From the NCBI GenBank assembly GCA_965223705.1, contig OZ245015.1, positions 512,001 to 576,000 on the forward strand: a DNA stretch of 64,000 nt, written 5' to 3'. Each line of letters opens with the position of its first letter. The stretch's first letter is position 1. This document shows, in pieces, positions 1-8,993 of this stretch. The notes under the pieces are model-generated. The model was not told the origin of the DNA and ran no database searches. It saw only the letters and a program-made list of their open reading frames with translations. The position numbers and the translations under genes were made by a program. The stretch is from Myxococcota bacterium. GTDB lineage: Bacteria > Myxococcota_A > UBA9160 > UBA6930.

Positions 1-558
1 CTCGCACCCGGGACCGAGGGCGGGTTTACCGTCGACTTTTCGGGCCGCAGTGCGCCCGATGGCGCGTCGCCTCTTCCCAATGGCACGCCGGAGACGGGGG
101 TTGCCGGAAAGCCCGTCCGTTTCATCTACGACGCGGTGCAGAACTACAAGGCGGCGGACATTCCCCTCGTGGTATTGGCGGGCATCGATTACGGAATGGG
201 GTCGAGTCGCGACTGGGCTGCGAAAGGCACGTTCTTGCTGAACGTGAAAGCCGTGATCGCCAAGAGCTTCGAACGGATCCACCGCTCGAACTTGGTGGGC
301 ATGGGTGTGTTGCCGCTGTGTTTCGCAGACGGGGAAGGCCACGAGGAGCTGGGACTCGACGGGAGCGAGATCTTCGAGATCCCGCTCACCGACAACCTCG
401 CGCCCCGTCAGCAGGTCGAAGTCCAGGCCACACACCCGGAGACCGGTCAGGTGACCCGGTTTGCCACGCTGTGCCGGATCGACACGCCGGTGGAGGTCGA
501 CTACTACCGAAACGGTGGAATTCTCCACACCGTGCTCCGAAAGATGGCGACGAGCTAA
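1..558 (+). CDS. acnA: Aconitate hydratase A, C-terminal swivel domain (5'-partial)
   Basis: Frame open from nt 1: [10 protein letters not shown]...IYDA...[13 protein letters not shown]...[18 protein letters not shown]...[11 protein letters not shown], typical AcnA C-terminal motifs. Confidence 0.95.
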   Translation, partial: LAPGTEGGFTVDFSGRSAPDGASPLPNGTPETGVAGKPVRFIYDAVQNYKAADIPLVVLAGIDYGMGSSRDWAAKGTFLLNVKAVIAKSFERIHRSNLVGMGVLPLCFADGEGHEELGLDGSEIFEIPLTDNLAPRQQVEVQATHPETGQVTRFATLCRIDTPVEVDYYRNGGILHTVLRKMATS

Positions 559-568
559 GCGCGCCGTT

Positions 569-1510
569 TTGAAGACGGTCCTCATCGCGAATCCCGCGAG
601 CGGCGGCTTTCGTGCGCAGCGACGACTCGCGGTCGCCGCACCTGCACTGACCGAAGCCCTGGGCGACTACGAGTTCGTGAGAACAACCGGACCGGGTGAC
701 GGTCGGCGCCTGGCAGCGGCCGCCGTGGTCTCGGGCGCCACGCGAATCATCGCCGCCGGAGGCGATGGGACGGCGAGCGAGGTCGCCGCGGGAATCCTCG
801 ATGCGTCGGGGGGTGGATCGGTCACTTTGGGTCTGCTGCCCGGCGGGTCGGCACAAGACGTGCTCCGCAATCTCGGCTTGCCGAGAAACTTGCCCGCAGC
901 GATGACAGTGATTCGGGATGGGCACGTTCGCGAGATCGACGTAGGCCACGCGACGGTGACCGGTGCGGGCGCTTCGTCGGGCGGGATCCGTTTCGTCAAC
1001 GACGCGAGTTTCGGTGCCAGTGCCATGGTCGCCGGAGCCGTGGGTGAAGGCCGGCGCGGTGGTTGGCACCGCTACGTCCCGCCGCGCGTGGGCTTTGCCG
1101 TAGGCGCCGCGCGCGCTGCCGCCGGTGTGCGTCCCGTCTCTCTTTCGCTCGAAGTGGACGGGAAAGCCTTCTTCTCGGGCCGCGCCGTGTTCGGCGCCGC
1201 CGCAAACGGGCGCTGCTTTGGCGGCGGAATGCAAGTGGCCCCGCAAGCGGAACTCGACGACGGCTTGCTCGATGTCGTCGTCGTTCCCGACCTTCCGAAA
1301 GCGAGGCTGTTCCGGCACTTGCCGACGCTCTACAGCGGCGGCCTCCTCGAGGTGCCCGGGGTGCAGGCCACGCGGGGCGAACGTGTGGTCATTCGCGCCG
1401 AAGGCCCGCAGTCTGTCCCCGTCGAGACGGACGGAGAAGTCGTCGGCCGTCTCCCGGCGGAGCTCACCGTCGAGCCGCGGGCGCTCCGCGTGCTCGTGCC
1501 CAAACGATGA
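569..1510 (+). CDS. Diacylglycerol/lipid kinase family protein (YegS/DgkB-like)
   Basis: IANPASGG, GGDGT, GSAQD (usually GxxND), NGRCFGGG, DDGLLDV, DGE motifs; TTG start at 569 inferred just after the acnA stop. Confidence 0.88.
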   Translation: MKTVLIANPASGGFRAQRRLAVAAPALTEALGDYEFVRTTGPGDGRRLAAAAVVSGATRIIAAGGDGTASEVAAGILDASGGGSVTLGLLPGGSAQDVLRNLGLPRNLPAAMTVIRDGHVREIDVGHATVTGAGASSGGIRFVNDASFGASAMVAGAVGEGRRGGWHRYVPPRVGFAVGAARAAAGVRPVSLSLEVDGKAFFSGRAVFGAAANGRCFGGGMQVAPQAELDDGLLDVVVVPDLPKARLFRHLPTLYSGGLLEVPGVQATRGERVVIRAEGPQSVPVETDGEVVGRLPAELTVEPRALRVLVPKR

Positions 1511-2460
1511 GTGTGTTTTCCGAGATCCGGACGGCCTGCGCCGAAGTCGAAAGGCGTGCTGTCTGGGTGCGCATCGAGAAGAGGGGGCTCGCCGGCGTCG
1601 CCGATCGTCTGGCCGGTGAAGCGCGAAAGGCGATCGAGGACCCGGCTCACCTGCAATTGCACACCTCGTATGAGACCTTGGCTTTCGTCGTGATCCTCGA
1701 CGCGCTGAACTTCGGCTCGGGGTGGTTTCCCGCGCTCCGAAAGCCGGACGGGCGGTCCGGTTACTTCACGATCGCGAACGCCTTGCGTGAGTTCGTCGAG
1801 GCAGAAGGCGTTCCGGAACCTCGCGACCTGTTGAGCTTTAGCGAGGTGCGGTGCGCGGAACTCTTCGGCCAGGCGGGAAACGCGGCGGTCGCGCCTTTGA
1901 TGCGACTGTTCTCGCAGTCTCTCGCCGATCTCGGCAAGCTCGTCGTCGAGAAGTTCGAGGGCCGCTTCGACGTTCTGGTGAAACAAGCGCGCGGAAACGC
2001 CGCGCAGCTCGTTGAGATCCTGGCTTCTATGCCGCTCTACCGCGATATCGCCCGGTACGGAGCTCTCGCGGTTCCCTTCTTCAAGCGCGCACAGATCACG
2101 TGCTCCGACCTGGCGCTCGCCCTCGACGGGGACCCTCTCGGCACCTTCCGAGACATCGACGAGCTCACGCTCTTTGCGGACAACCTCGTCCCCCATGTTC
2201 TCCGCTACGAAGGGGCGCTGGTGTACGATCGCGGTCTCGCGGAGCGCATCGATCGCGGTGAGCTGCTCTCCGCGGGCTCCCCCGAAGAGGTCGAGATTCG
2301 CGCCGTCGCTGTCGTAGCGGTCGAGTGTCTGGTCGAGCTTCTCGGAGATCGCGGTCGGGTCGCGACGGCGCGGTGGCTCGACGGCCGGCTCTGGTCTTGG
2401 GGACACGAAGGCGACAGGAAATCCGTACCCCGCCATCGCACGCAGTGCCCGTACTATTGA
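1507..2460 (+). CDS. Queuosine salvage protein (Q_salvage/DUF2419, Qng1-like)
   Basis: DALNFGSGW, FFKRAQI, FADNLVPHVL, EEVEIRA, C-terminal RHRTQCPYY; ATGA overlap with the upstream gene. Confidence 0.85.
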   Translation: MSVFSEIRTACAEVERRAVWVRIEKRGLAGVADRLAGEARKAIEDPAHLQLHTSYETLAFVVILDALNFGSGWFPALRKPDGRSGYFTIANALREFVEAEGVPEPRDLLSFSEVRCAELFGQAGNAAVAPLMRLFSQSLADLGKLVVEKFEGRFDVLVKQARGNAAQLVEILASMPLYRDIARYGALAVPFFKRAQITCSDLALALDGDPLGTFRDIDELTLFADNLVPHVLRYEGALVYDRGLAERIDRGELLSAGSPEEVEIRAVAVVAVECLVELLGDRGRVATARWLDGRLWSWGHEGDRKSVPRHRTQCPYY

Positions 2461-2496
2461 GCGCACGGGCACGCGGCCGGGGATGATGGGACCATC

Positions 2497-3024
2497 GTGG
2501 CGGGACGCAAACGATTGATCGACGGACAACTCATCTTCATGGTGGCCGCTCTGGCCTTGCTGGTCGGCATCGGTTTCTGGCAAGGCGGGGCGCCTCGAGT
2601 CATTGAAGGCTTCGAGGGCGGGGGCCGCTTGGTGATGCGGATTGGCCTCATCGTGTTCGTCTCGCTCCTCGTCGCTGGTTTCGCCGAAGTCTTGGTGCCG
2701 AAACACTGGGTGCAAGGGGCTCTGGGCGAAGGGTCGGGGTTTCGCGGCATTGCGACCGGTGTCGTCGCCGGCGCCATCACGCCCGCAGGCCCTTACGTCG
2801 CGATGCCGATCGCCGTCGTCTTGTTGCGCTCCGGTGCGGCGGCGCCGCCGGTCATCGCGTTCTTGACGGCGTGGGCCCTACTGGCGCTTCATCGTCTGAT
2901 CGCGTGGGAAGTCCCTTTGCTCGGTTTGCGCTTTGCCGCCGTGCGCTGGGCGATTTGTCTCTTGCTTCCTTTCCTCGCGGCGTGGATGGCGACGTTTCTA
3001 CAGGACAAATTGCGGACGCCTTAA
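2497..3024 (+). CDS. Predicted permease (DUF318/ArsP-like small membrane protein)
   Basis: Several hydrophobic segments; LGxxSG and GAITPAGPYVAMPIA...GA motifs. Confidence 0.7.
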   Translation: MAGRKRLIDGQLIFMVAALALLVGIGFWQGGAPRVIEGFEGGGRLVMRIGLIVFVSLLVAGFAEVLVPKHWVQGALGEGSGFRGIATGVVAGAITPAGPYVAMPIAVVLLRSGAAAPPVIAFLTAWALLALHRLIAWEVPLLGLRFAAVRWAICLLLPFLAAWMATFLQDKLRTP

Positions 3025-3064
3025 GCTAAGCTCCTTCGTCCAACAAAAGGGGTAGAGACTGACG

Positions 3065-3442
3065 ATGGCCGCACGAAAGAAGACCACGCGCAAGAAAGCC
3101 GCTCGCAAAAAGACTGCTCGCAAGAAGACCGCTCGTAAGAAAGCGACACGGAAGAAGGCCGTGAGCAAGAAGGCCACCCGCAAGAAAGCGGGGGCCAAGA
3201 AAGCGTCTTCGAGCAAGAAGGTCGTGCGCAAGAAGGCGACTTCGCGCAAGAAAACCGCTCGCAAGAAGGCGACCCGCAAGAAAGTCGTTCGGAAGAAGGC
3301 CGCTCCGAAGCGCGCCGCGCGGAAGAAGACCACGAAGCGCAGCGCGCCGAAGAAACGCACCGCGTCGCCGAGTCTCGGCGACCGACTCGTTTTCTCCGAC
3401 GTGCGACGCGATGTCCTCCTCTGGTCGAAGCTCGGCCGTTAG
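3065..3442 (+). CDS. Histone H1-like (Hc2-type) Lys/Arg/Ala-rich DNA-binding protein
   Basis: About 95 aa of xxRKK/xxxKK pentapeptide repeats followed by a unique ~25-aa C-terminal segment. Confidence 0.8.
   Translation: MAARKKTTRKKAARKKTARKKTARKKATRKKAVSKKATRKKAGAKKASSSKKVVRKKATSRKKTARKKATRKKVVRKKAAPKRAARKKTTKRSAPKKRTASPSLGDRLVFSDVRRDVLLWSKLGR
3068..3360 (+). repeat. Degenerate 15-nt coding tandem repeat (CGC AAG AAG/AAA core) encoding xxRKK units
   Basis: Recurrent cgcaagaag/cggaagaag every 15-18 nt within the H1-like ORF. Confidence 0.8.
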
Positions 3443-3450
3443 CGAGATCC

Positions 3451-4593
3451 ATGCCCCCTGCGCCGCGCGGCCCGCTCGCGGATGTCTTCGTCGTCGACCT
3501 GACCCGCGTGCTCGCGGGGCCATACTGCACGATGGTGTTGGCCGATTTGGGGGCCCGGGTCATCAAAGTGGAGCGCCCGGAAGTCGGTGACGACGCTCGG
3601 GCATTTCCACCTTTCGTAGACGGCGAATCGGCGTACTTCTCGTCGCTGAACCGCGGGAAGGAGAGCCTGGCGCTCGACCTCAAAGCGGCGGACGACCGGG
3701 CCATCTTCGAATCGCTGCTCGCGCGCGCCGACGTCTTGGTCGAGAACTACCGCGCGGGAACCCTCGACCGTTTGGGTTACGCGTGGGAGCGGCTTCACCG
3801 CGACTATCCGCGCCTCATTCTGGCGTCGGCTTCGGGCTTCGGGCAGACGGGGCCCTACGCGAATCGGCCCGCCTACGACATGGTCGTGCAGGCGATGGGC
3901 GGGATCATGAGCCTGACCGGTCACCCCGGCGGCCCCCCGACCCGTGTGGGCTCTTCCGTCGGTGACATCACGGCCGGGTTATTTACTGCGGTGGGCATCC
4001 TGACGGCGCTTCACCATCGGTCCGCGACGGGCGAGGCACAGCGCGTCGACGTCGCGATGCTCGATGGCCAGGTCGCGATCCTCGAGAACGCGATCGCGCG
4101 CTACGTCGCGACGGGCGCGGTACCGGGGCCCCTCGGTGCGCGGCATCCTTCGATCGCGCCGTTTGAGGCCTACGCCACAGCGGACGGGCATCTCGTCATC
4201 GCCGCTGGCAACGACGCGCTCTTCCGCGTCTGTTGCGACGTCTTGGGCATTCCCGAGCTACCCGCAGATCCGCGGTTCGCGGACAACGCGTCGCGCGTCG
4301 ATCACGTCGAAGCGCTGCGCGAGGTCCTCGAGGCGCGCTTCCGCCGCGAGACGACGGGCGTGTGGCTCGAGAAACTCGAAGCCGCCGGCGTCCCCTGCGG
4401 GCCGATTCAAAACGTCGAAGAAGTGCTGCGCGATCCCCAGGTCGTCGCTCGGAACATGGTCATCCGAGCCGGGGGGCTTGCGATGGCCGGAAACCCGGTG
4501 AAGATCACCGGGTTCACCGATCCGAGCGAGCGGCCTCCCGCCCCGGCGCTCGATGCGAGTCGAGACGAGATCTTGCGAGAACTCGAGGACTGA
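3451..4593 (+). CDS. CaiB/BaiF family III CoA-transferase
   Basis: DLTRVLAGPYCTMVLADLGARVIKVE, LNRGKES, ADVLVENYR, SGFGQTGP, YDMVVQAMGG. Confidence 0.93.
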   Translation: MPPAPRGPLADVFVVDLTRVLAGPYCTMVLADLGARVIKVERPEVGDDARAFPPFVDGESAYFSSLNRGKESLALDLKAADDRAIFESLLARADVLVENYRAGTLDRLGYAWERLHRDYPRLILASASGFGQTGPYANRPAYDMVVQAMGGIMSLTGHPGGPPTRVGSSVGDITAGLFTAVGILTALHHRSATGEAQRVDVAMLDGQVAILENAIARYVATGAVPGPLGARHPSIAPFEAYATADGHLVIAAGNDALFRVCCDVLGIPELPADPRFADNASRVDHVEALREVLEARFRRETTGVWLEKLEAAGVPCGPIQNVEEVLRDPQVVARNMVIRAGGLAMAGNPVKITGFTDPSERPPAPALDASRDEILRELED

Positions 4594-5837
4594 TCGCGCA
4601 TCAGCCCGACGATTCCGTCGGCGATCGCGCTCACGCTGTCGCGACTCAAGCCGAGTGGCCCCAGTTCTTCTCCGATCCATTCGCGCACCGCGACGGACTC
4701 GAGGCCGTCTCCCGCGCCCCGCGGCAGACGGACGACCAACCGGGAAATTTTCTCTCCGATCCGCACGAGGGCGGGGCGAAGGTCTCGGTCGAGGTTGAAC
4801 GCGGCCTCGGCCGAAGAGTTTTCCGCGAGCCGACCCTCCTGGATTTCGCGCGCCGCGCGAAAAACCGCGCGATAGAACGCAGCGAGCGCTTCCCCGTTTG
4901 CAGGCGGTAGCCCCGCATCGCGGGCTTCCCGCGCCGCGCTTTCCCCGGCGCGGCGCACGAGCGAGGCCTCGCGCTCGGGAACGTGTACGGGAATCGCCAG
5001 CTCGCGTTTCGCGTCGGCGACGGCTTCCATCAAGGCGAGGCGTTCCGCGACAGCGGCGACGAGCGCTACGAGAGGACGCGCGGTCCGCGTCGCTCCGCTG
5101 TAACCGAGCCAAGCCGAGCGCGCGGCGGCGAGCGCCCCGTCTTTCTCGCGCTCGAGAAGCCAACGATCGAGATCTTCGGCGAGCGCGGCTCGTTCCGGGT
5201 GAACCCACCAAGCCTTCCGGTCGCGCGTGAGTGGGCCGACCGTCTGCGTTTCTCCCAGTTGATCGCGCCAGTGAGGCGCTTCGATCGTGTCGGTGACGAC
5301 GGCGTCGACTTCGCCCGCGCGCAGTGCCAGGGGGACCGCCGCATTCTCGGAGAACGCGACGATTTCGTTCTCCGGGAAGAGGCCCCGGGTCACTCGTTCG
5401 AGATGGCCACCCCGGTTGACACCGATGCGGAGACCCGCCTCACGGACCCTCGCTTCGCTTGCGGGCCCGGCGTTGGCCGGAAGCAAAAGCACCGCACCGC
5501 TCTCGAGGAGCGGGACGCTGAAGCGGCCCGCGACCGTCCGTTCGGGTCGGATGGTCAGGCCTCCGAGGGCCATATCGAACTGGCCGGCGCGAAGATCGGA
5601 GAGAAGCTCGCTCCAACGGAAGGGGATGAGTTCGATCTCGCGTTGCCGGTCGGCGGCGTACGCGGCGACGAGTTCGAGGTCGAGGCCCCGGAGTTCGCCG
5701 CGATCGTCTCGAAACGCGAACGGTCGATAATCGGTGCTCGTTCCGACGCGCACCGGTTGCTCTTCGCCGGGCTCGAAGAACCGGGCCAGGGCGAGGCCTG
5801 CCAGCGCGCATGCGAAGAGCACCCCAAAGCGTTTCAC
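4407..5837 (-). CDS. Exported fusion of a cyclohexadienyl dehydratase-like (PheC/SBP family 3) domain and an AroQ-gamma chorismate mutase domain
   Basis: N-terminal signal/TM; GTSTDYRPF, FDMALGG, VTDTIEA (PheC-like); C-terminal ERLALMEAVADAK...ERE...REIQ...LRPAL (AroQ-gamma-like); last ~60 codons overlap the convergent gene. Confidence 0.72.
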   Translation of the reverse strand: MKRFGVLFACALAGLALARFFEPGEEQPVRVGTSTDYRPFAFRDDRGELRGLDLELVAAYAADRQREIELIPFRWSELLSDLRAGQFDMALGGLTIRPERTVAGRFSVPLLESGAVLLLPANAGPASEARVREAGLRIGVNRGGHLERVTRGLFPENEIVAFSENAAVPLALRAGEVDAVVTDTIEAPHWRDQLGETQTVGPLTRDRKAWWVHPERAALAEDLDRWLLEREKDGALAAARSAWLGYSGATRTARPLVALVAAVAERLALMEAVADAKRELAIPVHVPEREASLVRRAGESAAREARDAGLPPANGEALAAFYRAVFRAAREIQEGRLAENSSAEAAFNLDRDLRPALVRIGEKISRLVVRLPRGAGDGLESVAVREWIGEELGPLGLSRDSVSAIADGIVGLMRDQSSSSRKISSRLASSAGAGGRSLGSVNPVIFTGFPAIASPPARMTMFRATTWGSRSTSSTF

Positions 5838-6559
5838 GGCAGCGCCAAGGTCACGATGGACGCCAGCGACTTCACGACGTGATCCGGTCGCTCCCGCGCT
5901 GGGAGCTCTTCGACTCGTTCCGGTCGGCTCGTGATGAGCACGCTCCGCATCCCGATTTCGCGGGAACCCCGCACATCGTGCAGAGGTGAATCACCGACGA
6001 ACAGACACCTCGCCGGTTCCGGGCTGCCCGCCTTCGCCAGCGCCGCGCGGAAAATGCCCGCGTCCGGCTTGCAGGAACGCGCCTCTTCGCTCGTCGTTGT
6101 GGCGTCGACCCAGGCGTCGAGATTCATCCGGTCCCACAGCGGAGCAAACTGATCGTCGTCGATGTTGCTCACGATCCCGACGTGGCAGCCGGCGTCTGCC
6201 AGCGCGCGCAGCGTCTCGGCGGCTTCGGGCCGCGGTTCGACGCGGTCGAGGCCCAAGGCGATCTGGGCTCGGTAGAAGGCGAGGCCGGTCTCATCACTGC
6301 TCGGAACGCCAAAGCCGGCGAGAAATCGCCGGACGCCGGCGCAGAAAAGATCCGCATGCCGGTAGAAGGGTCGCTCTCCAAACTCGCGAAACGCGGCAGC
6401 CATCGCTCGCCCGTAGGCCCGGCGCGCTTCATCCGGGTCGGGGTGACACCCGTGGGGGGCAAGTTGATCGAGCAACAACTGATTGAAAGGGACGTGCAGG
6501 TCTCCGTAGCGAAACAGGGTCCCCCCGAGGTCGAAAAACACCGCCTTGCAATCAAACAT
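5834..6559 (-). CDS. HAD-superfamily hydrolase (subfamily IA)
   Basis: FFDLGGTL motif I, VSN motif II, KP..IF, FVGDS...D motif IV; overlaps the start of the downstream gene. Confidence 0.88.
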   Translation of the reverse strand: MFDCKAVFFDLGGTLFRYGDLHVPFNQLLLDQLAPHGCHPDPDEARRAYGRAMAAAFREFGERPFYRHADLFCAGVRRFLAGFGVPSSDETGLAFYRAQIALGLDRVEPRPEAAETLRALADAGCHVGIVSNIDDDQFAPLWDRMNLDAWVDATTTSEEARSCKPDAGIFRAALAKAGSPEPARCLFVGDSPLHDVRGSREIGMRSVLITSRPERVEELPARERPDHVVKSLASIVTLALP

Positions 6560-6568
6560 CGTTCTAAT

Positions 6569-6596
6569 TTGACGCACTCCGTCGTGATGCTAACGT
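6569..6596 (+). promoter_or_regulatory. Putative sigma70-type promoter of the cold-shock-domain gene
   Basis: TTGACG (6569-6574), 16-nt spacer, extended -10 TGc-TAACGT (6591-6596). Confidence 0.55.
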
Positions 6597-6780
6597 GCCG
6601 CATTCGCAGATGACGGGGTCTCGGTGCCCCGTTTACGCACCACAGGCGCCACAAAACCAGGGCCCGAACGCGGCGATCGGACGGTCACTCAGTCGGTCGA
6701 GAGCCGCCAGGGTCCGCACAAGGCGGATCGCGACAAACGGTAAACCGGTCGGATCGCAAGGACGACACAAGGGGGCTCCC

Positions 6781-7263
6781 ATGCTTCAACTCGACGACAT
6801 TGAATCCGGAGCCCTTTGCATCCACAAGAACACGAAGCTGCGTTACAGCGTGGTCGAGGTCGGCGAAGAGGAAGTCTTGCTGTCGCCCGAGAGCGAAGGA
6901 ATGCAGGATCTCGTCGTTCCCACCGATCTGTTCCGCCGCGAATTCGCTTTGGGCGATCGCTACTCCGCGCCGCGCGGCCGGAGCCGAGGCCGCTCGCGAC
7001 GCGCCCCGGTGGCGGCCGCTCCCAGCGGCCCCAAAGTTCGCGGCCGTATCAAGAAGATGGTGCGTGACCGCGGGTTCGGTTTCATCCGCGGAGACGATGG
7101 CAAAGAAGTCTTCTTCCATCGCTCCGGGCTGAACGCGTCGGACTACGACGGACTCAATGAAGGAGACGCCGTCGAGTACGTCGTTCAAGAGGGCCCCCGA
7201 GGCGCCCGCGCCGAGAACGTGCGCGGCGTCGCCGCCGATGGCGCAGCTGCACCGGCCGCGTAG
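6781..7263 (+). CDS. Cold-shock-domain protein with an additional N-terminal domain
   Basis: C-terminal CSD with RNP1 RGFGFI, RNP2 VFFHRS and GPRGARAENV; ~60-aa N-terminal domain and RG-rich linker; SD-like AAGGGGG before ATG 6781. Confidence 0.88.
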   Translation: MLQLDDIESGALCIHKNTKLRYSVVEVGEEEVLLSPESEGMQDLVVPTDLFRREFALGDRYSAPRGRSRGRSRRAPVAAAPSGPKVRGRIKKMVRDRGFGFIRGDDGKEVFFHRSGLNASDYDGLNEGDAVEYVVQEGPRGARAENVRGVAADGAAAPAA

Positions 7264-7284
7264 GGTATCGATTCTCGAGACGAA

Positions 7285-8916
7285 CTAGAACGCGTAGCGA
7301 TGGACGATCGGCAGTCGCCGACCGGTCCCGAACGCCTTGGGCGAAACCCGCAGCACCAACGGGGACTGCCGCCTCTTGTATTCGTTGCGATCGAGGCGCC
7401 GGCGAATCCCCCGCGCCACTTCCTCATCGGTTCCCGGCGGGAGGGGCTCGGAAGATCCCTCGATGGCCTGGGCCAGGACGGCGTCGAGGACGTCGTAAGG
7501 CGGCAGGTCGTCTGTGTCGAGTTGGTCCGGCGCGAGTTCGGCCGAAGGGGGTTTCTCGATCGTGCTCTGCGGGATTCGTGCCCCGTCCCGGTTCGCGAAG
7601 CGCGCTAGGGCGTACACGTCCCGCTTGTAGACATCGCCCAGGACCGCGAGCCCGCCCACGGTGTCCCCGTAGAGCGTGCAGTAGCCGACCGACAGTTCGC
7701 TCTTGTTGCCGGTGGCGAGGACCAGACGGTTCTCCGCGTTCGAGGCCGCCATCAACACCGCGCCGCGGATGCGCGATTGAATATTCTGCTGGGCGAGGCC
7801 GTAGTCGTCGCGCGCACCGAAGAGCTTCTCGAACGCGCCGAGATACGATTCGTAAATGGGGCCGATCGAAATCGTGCGCACTTCGATACCCAGATTTTCT
7901 CCGAGGGCCAGGGCGTCATCGACGCTGTGCTCCGAAGAGAACGGACCCGGCATGGCGATGCCCAGCACCCGCTCCCTGCCGAGCGCGGCGACGGCCAAGT
8001 GCGCGGTCACGGCCGAGTCGATGCCGCCGGAGAGCCCGACCACCGCACCCGGCGGAAGGCCCTGCTTTCGGAAGTAGTCCGCAATCCCCAGCACGAGGGC
8101 CGCCTCGAGCTGCGCGATCCGGTCGCGTTCTTCGATCGAACCAAGCGTCAGGTCGGCGGCGTCCGCTTCGAGATCGACCACGGAGAGATCGGTCTCAAAG
8201 AGCGGACTCGGCCGAAAGAAGCGTCCGTCGCCATTGACGACGAAAGAACCGCCGTCGAAGACGAGTTCATCGTTCCCGCCGACCTGGTTGACGAAAACAA
8301 TGGGAACCCGGTGGCGGGTCGCCAAGGCCGCGATCATTTCCCGCCGCGCTTCGGGCTTCGTCGCGTGCCACGGTGAGGCCGAGAGGTTCACCATCAGGTT
8401 TGCCCCCTGCTCCGCCAGCTCCCCGATGGGGTCGACGTCGTAGGGAACGCGCTCGACCCAAGCGTCTTCGCAAACACTCATGCCGAGAGAACAACCCTCG
8501 CGGAACGGAACCGGCTGGCGCGTCGTGGCGGGCGTGAAGTAGCGCTTTTCATCGAAGACGTCGTAAGTGGGCAACAAACTCTTCGCGCGGGCCCCGACGC
8601 GGGCGCCATCTCGCAGCAGAACGGCGCAATTTTCGAGTTGTTTGCCACCCCGCGGTTCGCAGGGAAGTACCGCGCCGAGCGCGATGGCGATGGTTCGCGA
8701 AGCCGCTTCGAGCGCCTCGAGTTCACGGAGTTGGTCGCGCACGAACCCCTCGCGCTCGAGCAAGTCCATCGGGGGGTAACCCGTGAGCACCATCTCCGGA
8801 AGCACGACCAAGTCGGCGCCAGCGGCCTCGGCTTTCGCCGCCGCATCCTCTACGAGGCCGCGGTTTCCCTGGAGATCGCCGACGATCGGATTGACCTGTG
8901 CCAGTGCAATGCGCAT
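7285..8916 (-). CDS. nadE: Glutamine-dependent NAD+ synthetase
   Basis: Nitrilase-like N-domain (PEM..TGY, K..LPTYDVFDE.RYF, CED) plus GLSGGIDSA, TGNKSE, KPPSAEL, EYKRRQ. Confidence 0.96.
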   Translation of the reverse strand: MRIALAQVNPIVGDLQGNRGLVEDAAAKAEAAGADLVVLPEMVLTGYPPMDLLEREGFVRDQLRELEALEAASRTIAIALGAVLPCEPRGGKQLENCAVLLRDGARVGARAKSLLPTYDVFDEKRYFTPATTRQPVPFREGCSLGMSVCEDAWVERVPYDVDPIGELAEQGANLMVNLSASPWHATKPEARREMIAALATRHRVPIVFVNQVGGNDELVFDGGSFVVNGDGRFFRPSPLFETDLSVVDLEADAADLTLGSIEERDRIAQLEAALVLGIADYFRKQGLPPGAVVGLSGGIDSAVTAHLAVAALGRERVLGIAMPGPFSSEHSVDDALALGENLGIEVRTISIGPIYESYLGAFEKLFGARDDYGLAQQNIQSRIRGAVLMAASNAENRLVLATGNKSELSVGYCTLYGDTVGGLAVLGDVYKRDVYALARFANRDGARIPQSTIEKPPSAELAPDQLDTDDLPPYDVLDAVLAQAIEGSSEPLPPGTDEEVARGIRRRLDRNEYKRRQSPLVLRVSPKAFGTGRRLPIVHRYAF

Positions 8917-8993
8917 TGGACGAGAATGGAGAGGCCCAACCGTCTCGTCAACCGAAGCCTTCGCGCGCAGACGCGCTGCTACGCTACCGCGCT

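Noticed and set aside
2998..3360. Hydrophobic repeat ORF (FLRAV...) on the minus strand
   Set aside because: Reverse-complement reading of the Lys-rich H1-like gene
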